Shown: positions 28,041-37,833, counted from the stretch's first letter. The stretch: 64,000 nt of DNA from Acidobacteriota bacterium (GCA_016213675.1 JACQZW010000034.1:143403-207402), one strand, 5' to 3'. The notes: generated from the sequence alone by a model not told the origin. Translations and numbers: made by a program.

Positions 28041-29912
28041 CTACCTGCGGCTGCGGCCGGCGGGCGTGGGGAACAGGCTCGACGACGGGCGGCGCGGCTC
28101 CCACGGGGCGATGAAGCGGGAACGCGGGTCGCGATCCTCGGCGGCGGTCTGCCCGGCGTTCTCGGCGGGGGCCCAGGGCTCGACCTTCTTCATCCGGGCG
28201 TCCATGGCGTCGAGCTCGCGGTGCGCGAGGTCGCGGATGTCCTTGCGCAGGCCTTGCGCGGCGATCTCCTCGGTGAACTTGCGGCGCCCGTCGACCAGGT
28301 CGGCGACGTAGGCCTCGATCTGGGCGTCGGTGTAGAACCCCTTGGGGTCGTACGCAGAGAGGTCCGCGCCCTCGCACTTGACGACGTACTCGGTGCCGAG
28401 GCGTCCCTTCTGGTACTCGTTGGTCCCGCGCAGGTCGCCTCGCTGCAGCGCGGCCATCAGGTCGATCGGCACGCGCTGCGCCTTGCGGATCAGCTTCCTC
28501 TTGCCGGTCCCCTTGTCGACTTCGATGAGCTCACCCATGCCACCGGTGTTGTACTGGAAGAAGTGGACCTTGCCCGGGTAGCGGGCCACGAGGTCCATGA
28601 CGATGTCGTGGAACGCGTTCACCTTGCGGCCCTGCGCGCCGATGATGAAGTCGTCCATGCCGACGATGCGCACGCTCTCGCCGGCCTTCTCCGGGACGGT
28701 GGCGAACGAGTGGGTCGACTCGCCCCAGAGGTAGGCCATGACGCCCTGCTCCGGGGTGAGGCGTTGGGCGAACGGCATGATGGTGTTGCGCCTCGTGATG
28801 AAGGCAAAGGCGATGCCGTCGACCTCCTCGAGACTCGGGGTGTTGATCGAGTCGGCGCAGATCGACACCATCTTCCGCCCGCGTTTGACCTTGAGCTCGC
28901 GGCGATCGAGCACCCCGCGGCCGTTCTCGCCCAGCCGCTCGTCGGTGAAGTCGATCTCGCCCTTGCCGTTGATCATGACGTTCTCGAGAAGTGCCGTCTT
29001 GTGGGCCAGCGCCCGGTACATCGCCTCCTGCATCTGGAGCGTGACGTCGGTCTTCACGTAGTAGTTCTGCTCGGTACCGTACGACGAGCCGTCGCGGCGG
29101 AGCCAGACGATGTCGTCCTGGCTCACCCAGGTGCCCTCGCCGGCGTCGTTGTCGAGCCCGATCTGGTGGCAGCTCCACGTCGACTTGCCGGTCGCCGTCA
29201 AACCGAACATGAACACGGCATGGGTCTTGAGCTTGCCGGAACTGGCGTCGCGGGCGCGCACGAGCTTGGTGCCGGCGTGGAGCCCGAGCATGCCGCGCCC
29301 ATCCGCGCGGAACATGGCCTGGCGGAGGAACCCCTTCTTGCACTCCCCGGTGTAATCCGTGCCGAGGGCGATGTTGATGTCGTGCTCGGGAATCGTGAGG
29401 ATCTGCATCCGCAGTTGGTGTTCCTGCGGCACGTCGATCATGATGAACTCCGGACCCGGCCGGGACCGCTTGACCTCGCCCATGGTCATCGCCCATTCGT
29501 ACGCCAGGCGGTAGTTCTTCTTGTCGGCAACGCACACGTAGAGGTTGCAGATCGGGTTGAACTCGCGGTTGTCGCCCATCTGCCGGCGGACGTGGACGAA
29601 CGGCATGGTGCGCATGAGCTGCAGCACCTTGTGGAGCTGGTCGGGCGCCTTCTCGACGATGGCGAGCTGCTGCGGGTTCGGGGTCGGCAGGACGATCTCG
29701 GGTCCCGAGCCGAGGTAGACGGTCTTTGCGGCCTGGCGCGAGGAGATCGCCGAGAACCACAACGGCGAACCGTTGGCGGTCTTGACGGCCGTCTCCCAGG
29801 CCTTCTTCCTCAGCGTGCGCATCGACGGGTGCTCGATGTTGGGGCCGCCCAGGGCGGCGGGCAGGTTCTCGGCGAATCGCCGGTACACGTCAGGGTCGTA
29901 CGGGTGGGCCAT
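28041..29912 (-). CDS. Phosphoenolpyruvate carboxykinase (ATP)-family protein
   Basis: Kinase-1a P-loop FMFGLTATGKSTWS and an NTGG(M)G kinase-2-like region. Trimmed to M33 (MAHPYDPDVYRRF). It is longer than typical PckA (624 aa), so exact function is uncertain. Confidence 0.6.
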   Translation of the reverse strand: MAHPYDPDVYRRFAENLPAALGGPNIEHPSMRTLRKKAWETAVKTANGSPLWFSAISSRQAAKTVYLGSGPEIVLPTPNPQQLAIVEKAPDQLHKVLQLMRTMPFVHVRRQMGDNREFNPICNLYVCVADKKNYRLAYEWAMTMGEVKRSRPGPEFIMIDVPQEHQLRMQILTIPEHDINIALGTDYTGECKKGFLRQAMFRADGRGMLGLHAGTKLVRARDASSGKLKTHAVFMFGLTATGKSTWSCHQIGLDNDAGEGTWVSQDDIVWLRRDGSSYGTEQNYYVKTDVTLQMQEAMYRALAHKTALLENVMINGKGEIDFTDERLGENGRGVLDRRELKVKRGRKMVSICADSINTPSLEEVDGIAFAFITRRNTIMPFAQRLTPEQGVMAYLWGESTHSFATVPEKAGESVRIVGMDDFIIGAQGRKVNAFHDIVMDLVARYPGKVHFFQYNTGGMGELIEVDKGTGKRKLIRKAQRVPIDLMAALQRGDLRGTNEYQKGRLGTEYVVKCEGADLSAYDPKGFYTDAQIEAYVADLVDGRRKFTEEIAAQGLRKDIRDLAHRELDAMDARMKKVEPWAPAENAGQTAAEDRDPRSRFIAPWEPRRPSSSLFPTPAGRSRR

Positions 29913-30142
29913 CGCGTCCTCGTCGGGCGCCGCGAGCGCCCGTCGAGAGCATAGAGCTTGTACCTTGCCCGTGCAAGCGTGGCGACCTGCCTCGCGATCT
30001 GCGTCCACGGCAGAGGACGACTGCCCCCAAGTTCGGACTCGGCAGAGCCAGGTGGCTGCAGGGAAGGGGACGGGAGTCGGGCACGCCTCTTGCTCCCGCA
30101 GGATCCGCGCGGCGTCGAGCGTCGCCGGAACGGAGGCAGACA

Positions 30143-30577
30143 GTGTTCCACCACAGCAAGTTCCATCTCGTAGCCACGACCGCGGCGATCACGATGGCCA
30201 GCCTGGCGCTCGCGGCGCCCGCCGGTGCAGGGGAGCGAGGCCACCGGTCCCCACACCAGCGGCACGATCGCGGCGTCGTCGTCCCCGTGCCTCCGCTACC
30301 GCCCCTCCCGGGGCATGTGCACCTGCCGTCGCCGGAGCTCGTCCTTCGCGAGCTGGCCCGGCTGGCGCCGGGGTGGAGCCATGAGGCGACCCGTGGCCCG
30401 CACGACCGCTGGCATCACTCCCGACACGTACCGCCCCGGGCACACGGGTCCGAGTTCGGCCGCCGGAACCACCACCGGGACGGCCGCCCGGGGAGTCACG
30501 GGAGGCAGGAACGGATGCGACATGACCGTGGGGGCCGGCATCCGGCGCACGGCCGCCAGGGCCACGACAGGCACTGA
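30143..30577 (+). CDS. Histidine/arginine-rich small secreted protein (hypothetical)
   Basis: N-terminal signal peptide (HLVATTAAITMASLALAAPAGAG), then a low-complexity His-rich sequence (HRSPHQRHDRG...HDRWHHSRH...RNHHRDGRPGSHG...RHPAHGRQGHDRH). High GC3 in this frame; transcribed divergently from the PEPCK-like gene. Confidence 0.4.
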   Translation: MFHHSKFHLVATTAAITMASLALAAPAGAGERGHRSPHQRHDRGVVVPVPPLPPLPGHVHLPSPELVLRELARLAPGWSHEATRGPHDRWHHSRHVPPRAHGSEFGRRNHHRDGRPGSHGRQERMRHDRGGRHPAHGRQGHDRH

Positions 30578-30588
30578 GCGACGGGTCG

Positions 30589-31146
30589 TCAATCGGATCC
30601 CACGAGGGGCTTCTCGCGGCGCAGCAGCACGCGCCGCGCCCAGTCGACGACCAGGAGCGTGCCGGTCGGCTGGAACTCGTCGACACCGAGCTGCCGGGTG
30701 AGGAGCCGGACGACCCCGCCGTGGGTGAACACGAGGTGACGTCCCGCGTCGAGTGTGGCGAGGAAGGCGTGGACGCGTGCGGCGAGCTCGTCCAGGGACT
30801 CGCCGCCGGGTGGGTGGAAGCCGTCCCAGCCGAGCAGGGATTCCTTGAGCGGTCGAGGCAGCGCGGTCCAGCGCAGCCCCTCGAGGTCGCCGAACGACAG
30901 CTCCCGCAGCCGCCGATCGGCCTGGGCGCGGCCCCAGGCGAGCCGGGCCGTCATGCGGGTACGAGCCAGATCGGAGCACCAGACGCCGGTGAAGTTCCCG
31001 CCCGCGAGAAGAGGGCGGAGCGCGCGAGCCTCGGTGCGGCCTCGCTCCGTCAGGCGTACGTCGGACCATCCCGCGAGGCGACCGTCACGGCTGCGGGTCG
31101 TCTCGCCGTGACGCACCAACCAGAGCTCGAGGAGCGGTTCGACCAT
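30589..31146 (-). CDS. Histidine phosphatase family protein (phosphoglycerate mutase / CobC-like)
   Basis: LVRHGET catalytic motif, a downstream SDLARTRMTA, and a C-terminal HGGVVR. Trimmed to M80 of the ORF-table entry. Confidence 0.75.
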   Translation of the reverse strand: MVEPLLELWLVRHGETTRSRDGRLAGWSDVRLTERGRTEARALRPLLAGGNFTGVWCSDLARTRMTARLAWGRAQADRRLRELSFGDLEGLRWTALPRPLKESLLGWDGFHPPGGESLDELAARVHAFLATLDAGRHLVFTHGGVVRLLTRQLGVDEFQPTGTLLVVDWARRVLLRREKPLVGSD

Positions 31147-31306
31147 CGGCGCCCAGTGTAGGCCCGCGACCCCGGCGCACGTCCCGGGCCGGGAGGAGGA
31201 CGGTCGGCCGTTAGCCGTGGGCTGTCGGCCCCCAGGGCGGGCTTGTACCTCCCAGGAACTTGTCGTAACGTGACTCCGTCCGCCCGGTCGGGCGGCGGAG
31301 GAAACC

Positions 31307-32695
31307 ATGGCGTTGTTCCCCTGGATCATCGGTGCGGTCACAGTCGTCCTGCTGCTGGCGTTCGTCGGCCTGTGGGCCTTCAACTACCGCAAGGTGGGTC
31401 CCAACCAGGTGCTGGTGATCTCCGGTCGCACCTCGACGGTGATCGAGCCCGATGGGCGAAAGCGGGAGGTCGGGTATCGGCTACAGGTGGGCGGCGGCAC
31501 CTTCGTCATGCCTCTCGTCGAGACCGTCGACACCCTTCCCCTCGAGGTGTTCTCCATCTCGGTCCGTTGCCCTGAGGTTCTCACCGCGCAGGGCGTGATG
31601 ATCGCCGCGGAGGCGTTCGGCCAGGTCAAGGCCGCCTCCGACGAGCGCCTCATCCACAGGGCGGTGGAGAACTTCCTGTCCCGAGGCTCCGCCGGGATCA
31701 CCGCGGTCGCCCAGGAGGTCCTCGAAGGCCACATGCGGGCGGCGCTCGGCCGGATGACGGTGGAGGAGATCTACACCGAGCGCGACCGCTTCGCCGACCA
31801 GGTCCGACAGGCCGCGACCGAGGACTTCTCGCGCCTGGGCCTCGAGCTTCTCGCGTTCTCGCTCAAGGACATTTCCGACGCGCAGGGCTACCTGTCCTCG
31901 CTCGGCGCGCGCCGGATCGCCGAGGTCAAGCGCGACGCCGCACTCGCCCAGGCCGAGGCGGACCGCGACTCCGCGATTCACGCTGCCGAGTACCGCAAGG
32001 AGGGTGACATCGCCCGTCTCGCCGCCGAGGCGGAGCTGGCCAAGGCGACGCGTGACTTCGAGATGCAGCGGGCCGAGTTCCAGGCGTCGGTCAACGTCAA
32101 GCGGGCCCAGGCCGACGTCGCCTACGACCTCGAGAAGGCCACGCTCTCCGAGGCGCTCAAGCGGCAGGAGGGCCAGGTCCGACTCACCGAGAAGGAGCTG
32201 GCGGCCAGGATCGAAGAGCAGGAAATCGCGCGCCGCGAGAAGGAGCTGGAGGCCACGGTCAAGCGGCCGGCCGAGGCGATGAACTACCAAGCGCGACTCG
32301 AGGCCGAATCCGACGCCTACCGCAAGGAGCTCGACGCCAAGGGCAAGGCGGCGGGAATCAAGCTGATCGGCGCGTCCGAGGCGGAAGCCGCCGCGGCGCG
32401 CGGCAAGGCCGACGCCGAGGCCATGCGTCTCAAGGCCGCGGCGTGGAAGGAGTACACCGACGCGGCGCTGGTCGAGATGGTCGTCAAGCAGCTTCCGGAG
32501 CTGGCCCGCGCTGTGTCCGAACCGCTCTCCAAGGTCGAGAAGATCATCATGGTCGGCGACGACAAGGGTGTCCCCAAGCTGACCGGCCAGGTCGCCTCGG
32601 TGGTCGCGCAGCTCCCCACCATCGTCGAGTCGCTGACCGGACTGAAGCTGGATGACCTTCTGCGGCGTGGCAAGAAGGAGAAGGAGAATGCCTAG
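31307..32695 (+). CDS. Flotillin / SPFH (band 7) domain protein
   Basis: N-terminal TM segment, SPFH domain and a long Ala/Glu-rich coiled-coil C-terminus (EAELAKA, AEAESDAYRKELDAKGKAAG), as in FloT/YuaG-type flotillins. Confidence 0.85.
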   Translation: MALFPWIIGAVTVVLLLAFVGLWAFNYRKVGPNQVLVISGRTSTVIEPDGRKREVGYRLQVGGGTFVMPLVETVDTLPLEVFSISVRCPEVLTAQGVMIAAEAFGQVKAASDERLIHRAVENFLSRGSAGITAVAQEVLEGHMRAALGRMTVEEIYTERDRFADQVRQAATEDFSRLGLELLAFSLKDISDAQGYLSSLGARRIAEVKRDAALAQAEADRDSAIHAAEYRKEGDIARLAAEAELAKATRDFEMQRAEFQASVNVKRAQADVAYDLEKATLSEALKRQEGQVRLTEKELAARIEEQEIARREKELEATVKRPAEAMNYQARLEAESDAYRKELDAKGKAAGIKLIGASEAEAAAARGKADAEAMRLKAAAWKEYTDAALVEMVVKQLPELARAVSEPLSKVEKIIMVGDDKGVPKLTGQVASVVAQLPTIVESLTGLKLDDLLRRGKKEKENA

Positions 32696-33245
32696 AGGCG
32701 GGCACTCCGCCCACCGCGAGTGCGTTCGCCGTCTCGTGATCGGGTTGCACCTAGCCGTTTTCGCGATGCCTGCCTTGATCGGCCAGGCAGTGGCAGGCGA
32801 ATCTCCTGATGCCTTCCGGCGTCTCGTGAGCCGGGTCATGCGCCAGCCCCAGATGAAGAAGGACACGGCCAGGGATTCCATCAACTACTCCACCAGAACG
32901 CCAGTGTTCGCGGTGCCGACCGACCCGGCGAAGCCCATCAACCCGAACGACGGGTCGACCTTCATGACGGTCTTCGCGGAGGTCACCCTCACCGACAGGG
33001 AGCCGTTGGCACTCACCCCAGAACGACTGGGTGCCGAGGACGTCCTGCTGGTGGTGCTGCGCACCGAGGGAACCGGCCACATTTTCTGGAAGAACCGTGA
33101 CGCAGGCCTCAAGGGTCCGGGCGAGGCGGCGTCGAAGGAACTGGTCCCCCTGTTCGGCGAAGAGCCGCAGGCCAAGTACAAGGACGTCGTGAACCGCATC
33201 AACGCCGCGCTCGATGCCGAGGCGGTGGAAGGCCAGGCGAAGTGA
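32688..33245 (+). CDS. Hypothetical exported protein translationally coupled to the flotillin gene
   Basis: The start overlaps the flotillin stop (ATGCCTAG), with an AAGGAGAAGGAG tract upstream. Hydrophobic signal-like segment (LVIGLHLAVFAMPALIGQAVAG). No recognised domain. Confidence 0.5.
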   Translation: MPRGGHSAHRECVRRLVIGLHLAVFAMPALIGQAVAGESPDAFRRLVSRVMRQPQMKKDTARDSINYSTRTPVFAVPTDPAKPINPNDGSTFMTVFAEVTLTDREPLALTPERLGAEDVLLVVLRTEGTGHIFWKNRDAGLKGPGEAASKELVPLFGEEPQAKYKDVVNRINAALDAEAVEGQAK

Positions 33246-33281
33246 ACCGGCGCGCTCCCTGCAGGCCGAGGTAAGGTACGA

Positions 33282-35603
33282 ATGCTCTCCGAACGCTCGA
33301 ACCGCATCGCACTCTCCCCGACACTCCGTATCTCCGCACGGGCACTCGCCATGAAGGCGCAGGGGATCGACGTCGTCGACTTCTCCGCCGGTGAGCCGGA
33401 CTTCGCCACGCCCGACGCGGTGAAGCGGGCCGCCAAGGAGGCGCTCGACGCCAACTTCACCAAGTACGTCGCCAACGACGGCATCCCGGAGTTGAAGAAA
33501 GCGATCTGCGAGAAGCTCGAGCGCGAGAACGGCGTGCGGTTCTCGCCGGACGAGGTCATCGTCTCGTGCGGTGCCAAGAACTCGCTCTTCAACGTCGCGA
33601 TGTCGCTCTACGAGCCCGGCGACGACGTGCTCATCCCGTCGCCCTACTGGGTGTCCTATCCCGATCAGGTGAAGCTGTGCGGCGCCAACCCGGTCTTCGT
33701 GCCGACGCGCGAGGAGGACGGCTTCCGCCTCCGAGCCCGCGAGCTCGCGGCGGCGATCACCCCGAACACCAAGGCGCTCATCCTCAACTACCCCGGCAAC
33801 CCGACCGGAGCCTTCTACTCCCGCGAGGAGCTCGAGGAAATCGCGGAAGTGTGCGTCCGCGAGCAGATCTGGGTGATCGCCGACGAGATCTACGAGAAGC
33901 TGCTCTACGACGGGCAGCGTTTCACCTCGATCGCCTCACTGAACGAGCGGATCAAGAAGCTCACCGTCGTGATCAACGGCTTCTCCAAGGCCTTCGCGAT
34001 GACCGGCTGGAGGCTCGGGTACGCCGCCGGTCCACGCGAGATCGTCGCATCCTGCTCGAAGATCCAGTCGCACAACACCTCGAACGCCACGTCGTTCGTG
34101 CAGAAGGCCGGCGTGACGGCCCTGCGCGACTGCGGGATGGAGGTGGAGCGGATGCGGCAGGAGTTCGAGCGCCGGCGCAACTACGTGGTCTACCGGCTGC
34201 GTGCGCTTCCGAGGGTGTCGTGCAACTCCCCGGCCGGGGCGTTCTACGTCATGCCCAACGTCGCCGCGTACCTCGACAAGGAGTACCAGGGAGCCCCGAT
34301 CCGCAACACCTACGGCCTGTCGTACTACCTGCTCAAGGAAGCGCACGTCGCGCTGGTCCCGGGCGAGGCGTTCGGCACCGACGAGCACCTGCGGATCTCG
34401 TTCGCGACCTCGATGGAACGGCTCGAGGAGGGGACACGTCGCATCGAGAAGGCGCTCGCCCGCCTCGAGGAGCCGCGCCGGGTGCGGCCGCGCGCCCTCG
34501 CCAACGTGCTCACCAAGGTCGTCGACTACGCCGAGACCCGCTCGATCGCCGGGCTCACGACGAGGAACGAGCTGCTCGCCGAGGTAGAGTCACACCTGCC
34601 CGCCGACTCCTACTTCGAGTGGAACGCGGCAATCGCCGGCATCGTCGTGCAACTGCGCACCTCGTCGCCGCACCTGGCCGACTTCTACCAGGAAAACTTC
34701 TACCCTGCGCCGCTCGAGAGCGACCTCGAACCCCACGCGGTCATCTACGCCGTCAAGGACGTTCCGGGTCGTGAGGCGTCCGGTGCCGTCTCACTGGAGA
34801 CCAACACCGCCTTCGTCTTCAACACGGCGTACTACGGGCAGGTCCGTTCGTTGGCGCTGCAACTCGCGGCCGAGGCCGCCTCGCGCTCGTCGGGCGCGTT
34901 GCTCGCTCACTGCGCGGCGCTCGACGTGGACGGCAGCGGCGTGCTGATCTGGGGCGGCCCCGGTTCGGGCCGCACCGGGGTCCTCGGCGCCGCGCTCGAG
35001 CGCGAGGGCGTCAAGCTCGTCGCCAGCGACTGCGTGCTGGTCCGCCATGGGGCCGAGCCGGTCGCCGACCTCGTCGAGCGGAAGCTCTACCTCAAGGCGA
35101 AGTGGGCCGGGAAGCTCCCCGAGATCGCCAAGCTCCTCGATCGCGCCAAGCTGGAGAACATCGTCACGGATCGGGCGGCCTGCCACATCGACCACCCCGA
35201 CGACGTGTGCCCTCTCGACCGGGGCGCCGCGGCATGCCTCGAGGCGTCGACGAAGGGCCGGATCGTCGTCGATCCCTACTGGCTCGGCGGCGGCACGCGC
35301 CACGCGCGGCGCACCGCACCGAAACTGTGCATCCTGCTGGCCCGCGATCCGGTTCTGCCGCTCCTCAAGGAGGTCGAGCCGCGCGAGGCCGCCCGGCTGG
35401 TCGCGAGTGGCCAGCTCCCGGGTGCCGCGGGCAAGGCGCTCCCGTTCCTCAACCCGCACCTCGCAGGGCTGGACGCAGCGCGCAGTGACCAGATGCAGGG
35501 CCAGCACGAACGGCTCTTCGCGGCCACGAAGGTGGTGATCGTCAACACCGCAGTGGGCTCTCCAGCGTCGCTGGCGGCGAGGATCACCGAGGTCGTGAAG
35601 TAG
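33282..35603 (+). CDS. Class I/II (aspartate-type) PLP-dependent aminotransferase fused to a C-terminal HPr-kinase-like P-loop domain
   Basis: Residues 1-390 match aspartate aminotransferases (NYPGNPTG, the PLP-lysine motif GFSKAFAMTGWRLGY). Residues ~520-700 match the HprK C-terminal fold (LLAHCAALDVDGSGVLIWGGPGSGRTGVLGAALEREGVKLVASDCVLV). One 773-aa uninterrupted frame. Confidence 0.75.
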   Translation: MLSERSNRIALSPTLRISARALAMKAQGIDVVDFSAGEPDFATPDAVKRAAKEALDANFTKYVANDGIPELKKAICEKLERENGVRFSPDEVIVSCGAKNSLFNVAMSLYEPGDDVLIPSPYWVSYPDQVKLCGANPVFVPTREEDGFRLRARELAAAITPNTKALILNYPGNPTGAFYSREELEEIAEVCVREQIWVIADEIYEKLLYDGQRFTSIASLNERIKKLTVVINGFSKAFAMTGWRLGYAAGPREIVASCSKIQSHNTSNATSFVQKAGVTALRDCGMEVERMRQEFERRRNYVVYRLRALPRVSCNSPAGAFYVMPNVAAYLDKEYQGAPIRNTYGLSYYLLKEAHVALVPGEAFGTDEHLRISFATSMERLEEGTRRIEKALARLEEPRRVRPRALANVLTKVVDYAETRSIAGLTTRNELLAEVESHLPADSYFEWNAAIAGIVVQLRTSSPHLADFYQENFYPAPLESDLEPHAVIYAVKDVPGREASGAVSLETNTAFVFNTAYYGQVRSLALQLAAEAASRSSGALLAHCAALDVDGSGVLIWGGPGSGRTGVLGAALEREGVKLVASDCVLVRHGAEPVADLVERKLYLKAKWAGKLPEIAKLLDRAKLENIVTDRAACHIDHPDDVCPLDRGAAACLEASTKGRIVVDPYWLGGGTRHARRTAPKLCILLARDPVLPLLKEVEPREAARLVASGQLPGAAGKALPFLNPHLAGLDAARSDQMQGQHERLFAATKVVIVNTAVGSPASLAARITEVVK

Positions 35604-35629
35604 CCGCCAGGACGGAGTTTGCAGGCGCC

Positions 35630-37162
35630 ATGGGTAACCCATCGGTCGGACGGCGGGCGAGCGGCTGGCTGGCCACGATCCTGGTGACGGGCGCACTCGT
35701 CGGCTGCATGGGCTCGGAACCGTCGAAGCCCCTCGTCGTCGCGTTCGGTGAGAACCCGGTGGCCTTGGATCCGCAGTTTCAGGACCGCAACACGGCGTGG
35801 TCGGTGCTGTCGAGCTTCTACGACCCCCTCGTATCGTTCACCCCGGAGCTCAAGCTGGAGCCCGCTCTAGCGAGGTCGTGGGAACAGGTGGATGCAACGC
35901 ATTGGCGGTTCGAGCTCCGGACCGGTGTGACGTTCGCCGGCGGTGGAACGCTGACGGCCGACGATGTCGTGGCGAGCTTCGAACGGGCGCGCAACCACCC
36001 CCGATCTGCGGTGCGACATTACGTGACCGGCATCCGCGAGGTGCGTGCCGTCACGGAGCAGACCGTCGAGGTCGAGACCTCAGGGCCTGCGCCGGACCTC
36101 CTCGAACGGTTGACCTTTCTGCTCGTCATCCCACGCCGGGCCGCCGGCCACGACGAGATCGAGCAGCCGGACGGGACGGGCCCGTACCGGTTCCTGGGCC
36201 GGCTGGGGGACGGCACCGTGGTCGCCCGGGCTCGAGCCGGCTGGAGGCCGCGTCCGGAAATCGCCGAGGTGCGCTTCGTCTTCTGTGGGACCGATGCGGA
36301 GGCGGCTCGCCGGCTCGTCGCGGGCGAGGTCGATGTCAGCCATCTCCTGCCCGACGATCTGGTCGGGGAGATCGCCGGCGTCCCGAATCTCCGCGTCGTC
36401 GAGCAACCCAGACTCGCGGTCCAACTCCTCTCCATCCACCCCGAGGCCGCGGAGGGCTCGACGCGACGGGCGCTGGCGGATCCGCGTGTCCGGCGCGCCC
36501 TCCTGCTGGCGCTCGATCGCCAACGCTGGGTCGATCGGTTGTTCCGCGGCCGTGGCGTGGTCGCGTCGCAGTACGTTCACCCGGCCGTGCTGGGGTTCGA
36601 CCCGGGCCTCGTACCCGAGCCGACTGACCGCGCCGAGGCCCGCAGGTTGATCGCCGAAGCGGGGTTCTCCGAGGGTTTCGACGTCGATCTTCGCTACAGC
36701 CCGACGCACTCCGAGGTCGTCGCCGCGATCGTCGGGGACCTCGCGCACGTCAACGTCCGGGTCACGGCCTATCCGAGCGGGACGAGCCCTGCGGCGGGCA
36801 TCTCGGGGAAGGACCGGCTGGGACTCGTGTATTTCGCATGGGCGTGCAGTACCGGCGACGGGTCCGACTTCCTGAACAGCCTGGTCCGGAGCAGGAACGA
36901 GACCCTCGGCGTCGGGGAGGACAGCGATTCGTACTTCGTCGACAGGGAACTGGACACCCTGCTTTCGGCGGCCGACACGGAGGTCGATCGTGACGCCCGA
37001 CTCCGGCTGCTCCAGGCGGCCCAGCGCCGGGTGCTCAGGAGCCTGCCGCTCCTCCCGCTGACGATCCGGGGGGGCAGCAAGGGCGTGTCCTCCCGCGTCG
37101 AGGTCGTCACCCGGTACGACGAGCGGGAGTGCGTCGCGGCGTTTCGCTGGCGCCGCGACTGA
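35630..37162 (+). CDS. ABC transporter substrate-binding lipoprotein, family 5 (peptide/nickel/oligopeptide type)
   Basis: Lipoprotein signal (LVTGALVGC), then SBP_bac_5-like organisation (TGPYRF, LLPLTIRGG). Confidence 0.7.
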   Translation: MGNPSVGRRASGWLATILVTGALVGCMGSEPSKPLVVAFGENPVALDPQFQDRNTAWSVLSSFYDPLVSFTPELKLEPALARSWEQVDATHWRFELRTGVTFAGGGTLTADDVVASFERARNHPRSAVRHYVTGIREVRAVTEQTVEVETSGPAPDLLERLTFLLVIPRRAAGHDEIEQPDGTGPYRFLGRLGDGTVVARARAGWRPRPEIAEVRFVFCGTDAEAARRLVAGEVDVSHLLPDDLVGEIAGVPNLRVVEQPRLAVQLLSIHPEAAEGSTRRALADPRVRRALLLALDRQRWVDRLFRGRGVVASQYVHPAVLGFDPGLVPEPTDRAEARRLIAEAGFSEGFDVDLRYSPTHSEVVAAIVGDLAHVNVRVTAYPSGTSPAAGISGKDRLGLVYFAWACSTGDGSDFLNSLVRSRNETLGVGEDSDSYFVDRELDTLLSAADTEVDRDARLRLLQAAQRRVLRSLPLLPLTIRGGSKGVSSRVEVVTRYDERECVAAFRWRRD

Positions 37163-37221
37163 CCCACCCGAGGGAGGCTCGTCCAGCGCGGAGACTGCGT
37201 CGGCGTGGGGCTGCCGAGGCT

Positions 37222-37833
37222 TCAGTGGAGCGGGCGGAATTGCGGCCCGGGGCCGGGGATCTGCGGCGAAATGAGCCTCGGAATGGGCTGCGCCGGCTGG
37301 TTGACCGTGAACGAGACCTGCTTCGCGTTGTTGGCCTCAGAGGACTCCTGAACTGCGTTGTGGACGTCCACGGTACACCGGTACGTGTGGGAGCCGGGCG
37401 TGTGCGGCACGTAGTCGATGAACGCGGTCGTCCCCCCGGAGAACGACCAGGTGAACTCGCAGCTCGGCGTGTGGATCATGAAGTCCCCCTCGCCGCAGGT
37501 GATCTGGCCGTCGATGTACCAGGCGATCGACCATCCGCCCGGCGCGGAAGGCGACATCCGGACGTCGCAGACGAGGGAGACCTTCTCGCCGACCCAGGGG
37601 CTCCGCCCGAGCGGCTCGAACCGCTCATCGGTGTGGGTCGCGGTTCCCTTTCCGAGCCACACGCTCGCGACGCTCAGGTCCGGTCGTCGCGCCGCGACTG
37701 CCGGCCCGGCCTGCTGGGCTGCCGGAGCGCCGGCAGAGGAGGGCGGGGTCGGCCGGTTGCCCGCCCCTGCCGGGGTGGGTGTGAGCCCGATTGCGCAGGC
37801 CAGGACGATGATGAAACGGCACGCTCCGCGCAT
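37222..37833 (-). CDS. Secreted protein with a CARDB-like Ig-fold domain (hypothetical)
   Basis: Signal peptide (MRGACRFIIVLACAIGLTPTPAGA), a Pro/Ala-rich linker, and a C-terminal beta-rich domain with CARDB-like features (VSLVCDV...HTYRCTVDVHNAVQESSEANNAKQVSFTV). Confidence 0.5.
   Translation of the reverse strand: MRGACRFIIVLACAIGLTPTPAGAGNRPTPPSSAGAPAAQQAGPAVAARRPDLSVASVWLGKGTATHTDERFEPLGRSPWVGEKVSLVCDVRMSPSAPGGWSIAWYIDGQITCGEGDFMIHTPSCEFTWSFSGGTTAFIDYVPHTPGSHTYRCTVDVHNAVQESSEANNAKQVSFTVNQPAQPIPRLISPQIPGPGPQFRPLH

Noticed and set aside
30189-30686. Antisense ORF overlapping the His-rich protein gene
   Set aside because: The plus-strand frame has a signal peptide and better GC3 pattern. 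The antisense product is a featureless Arg/Pro/Gly-rich sequence. Retained only as a caveat on the His-rich call.
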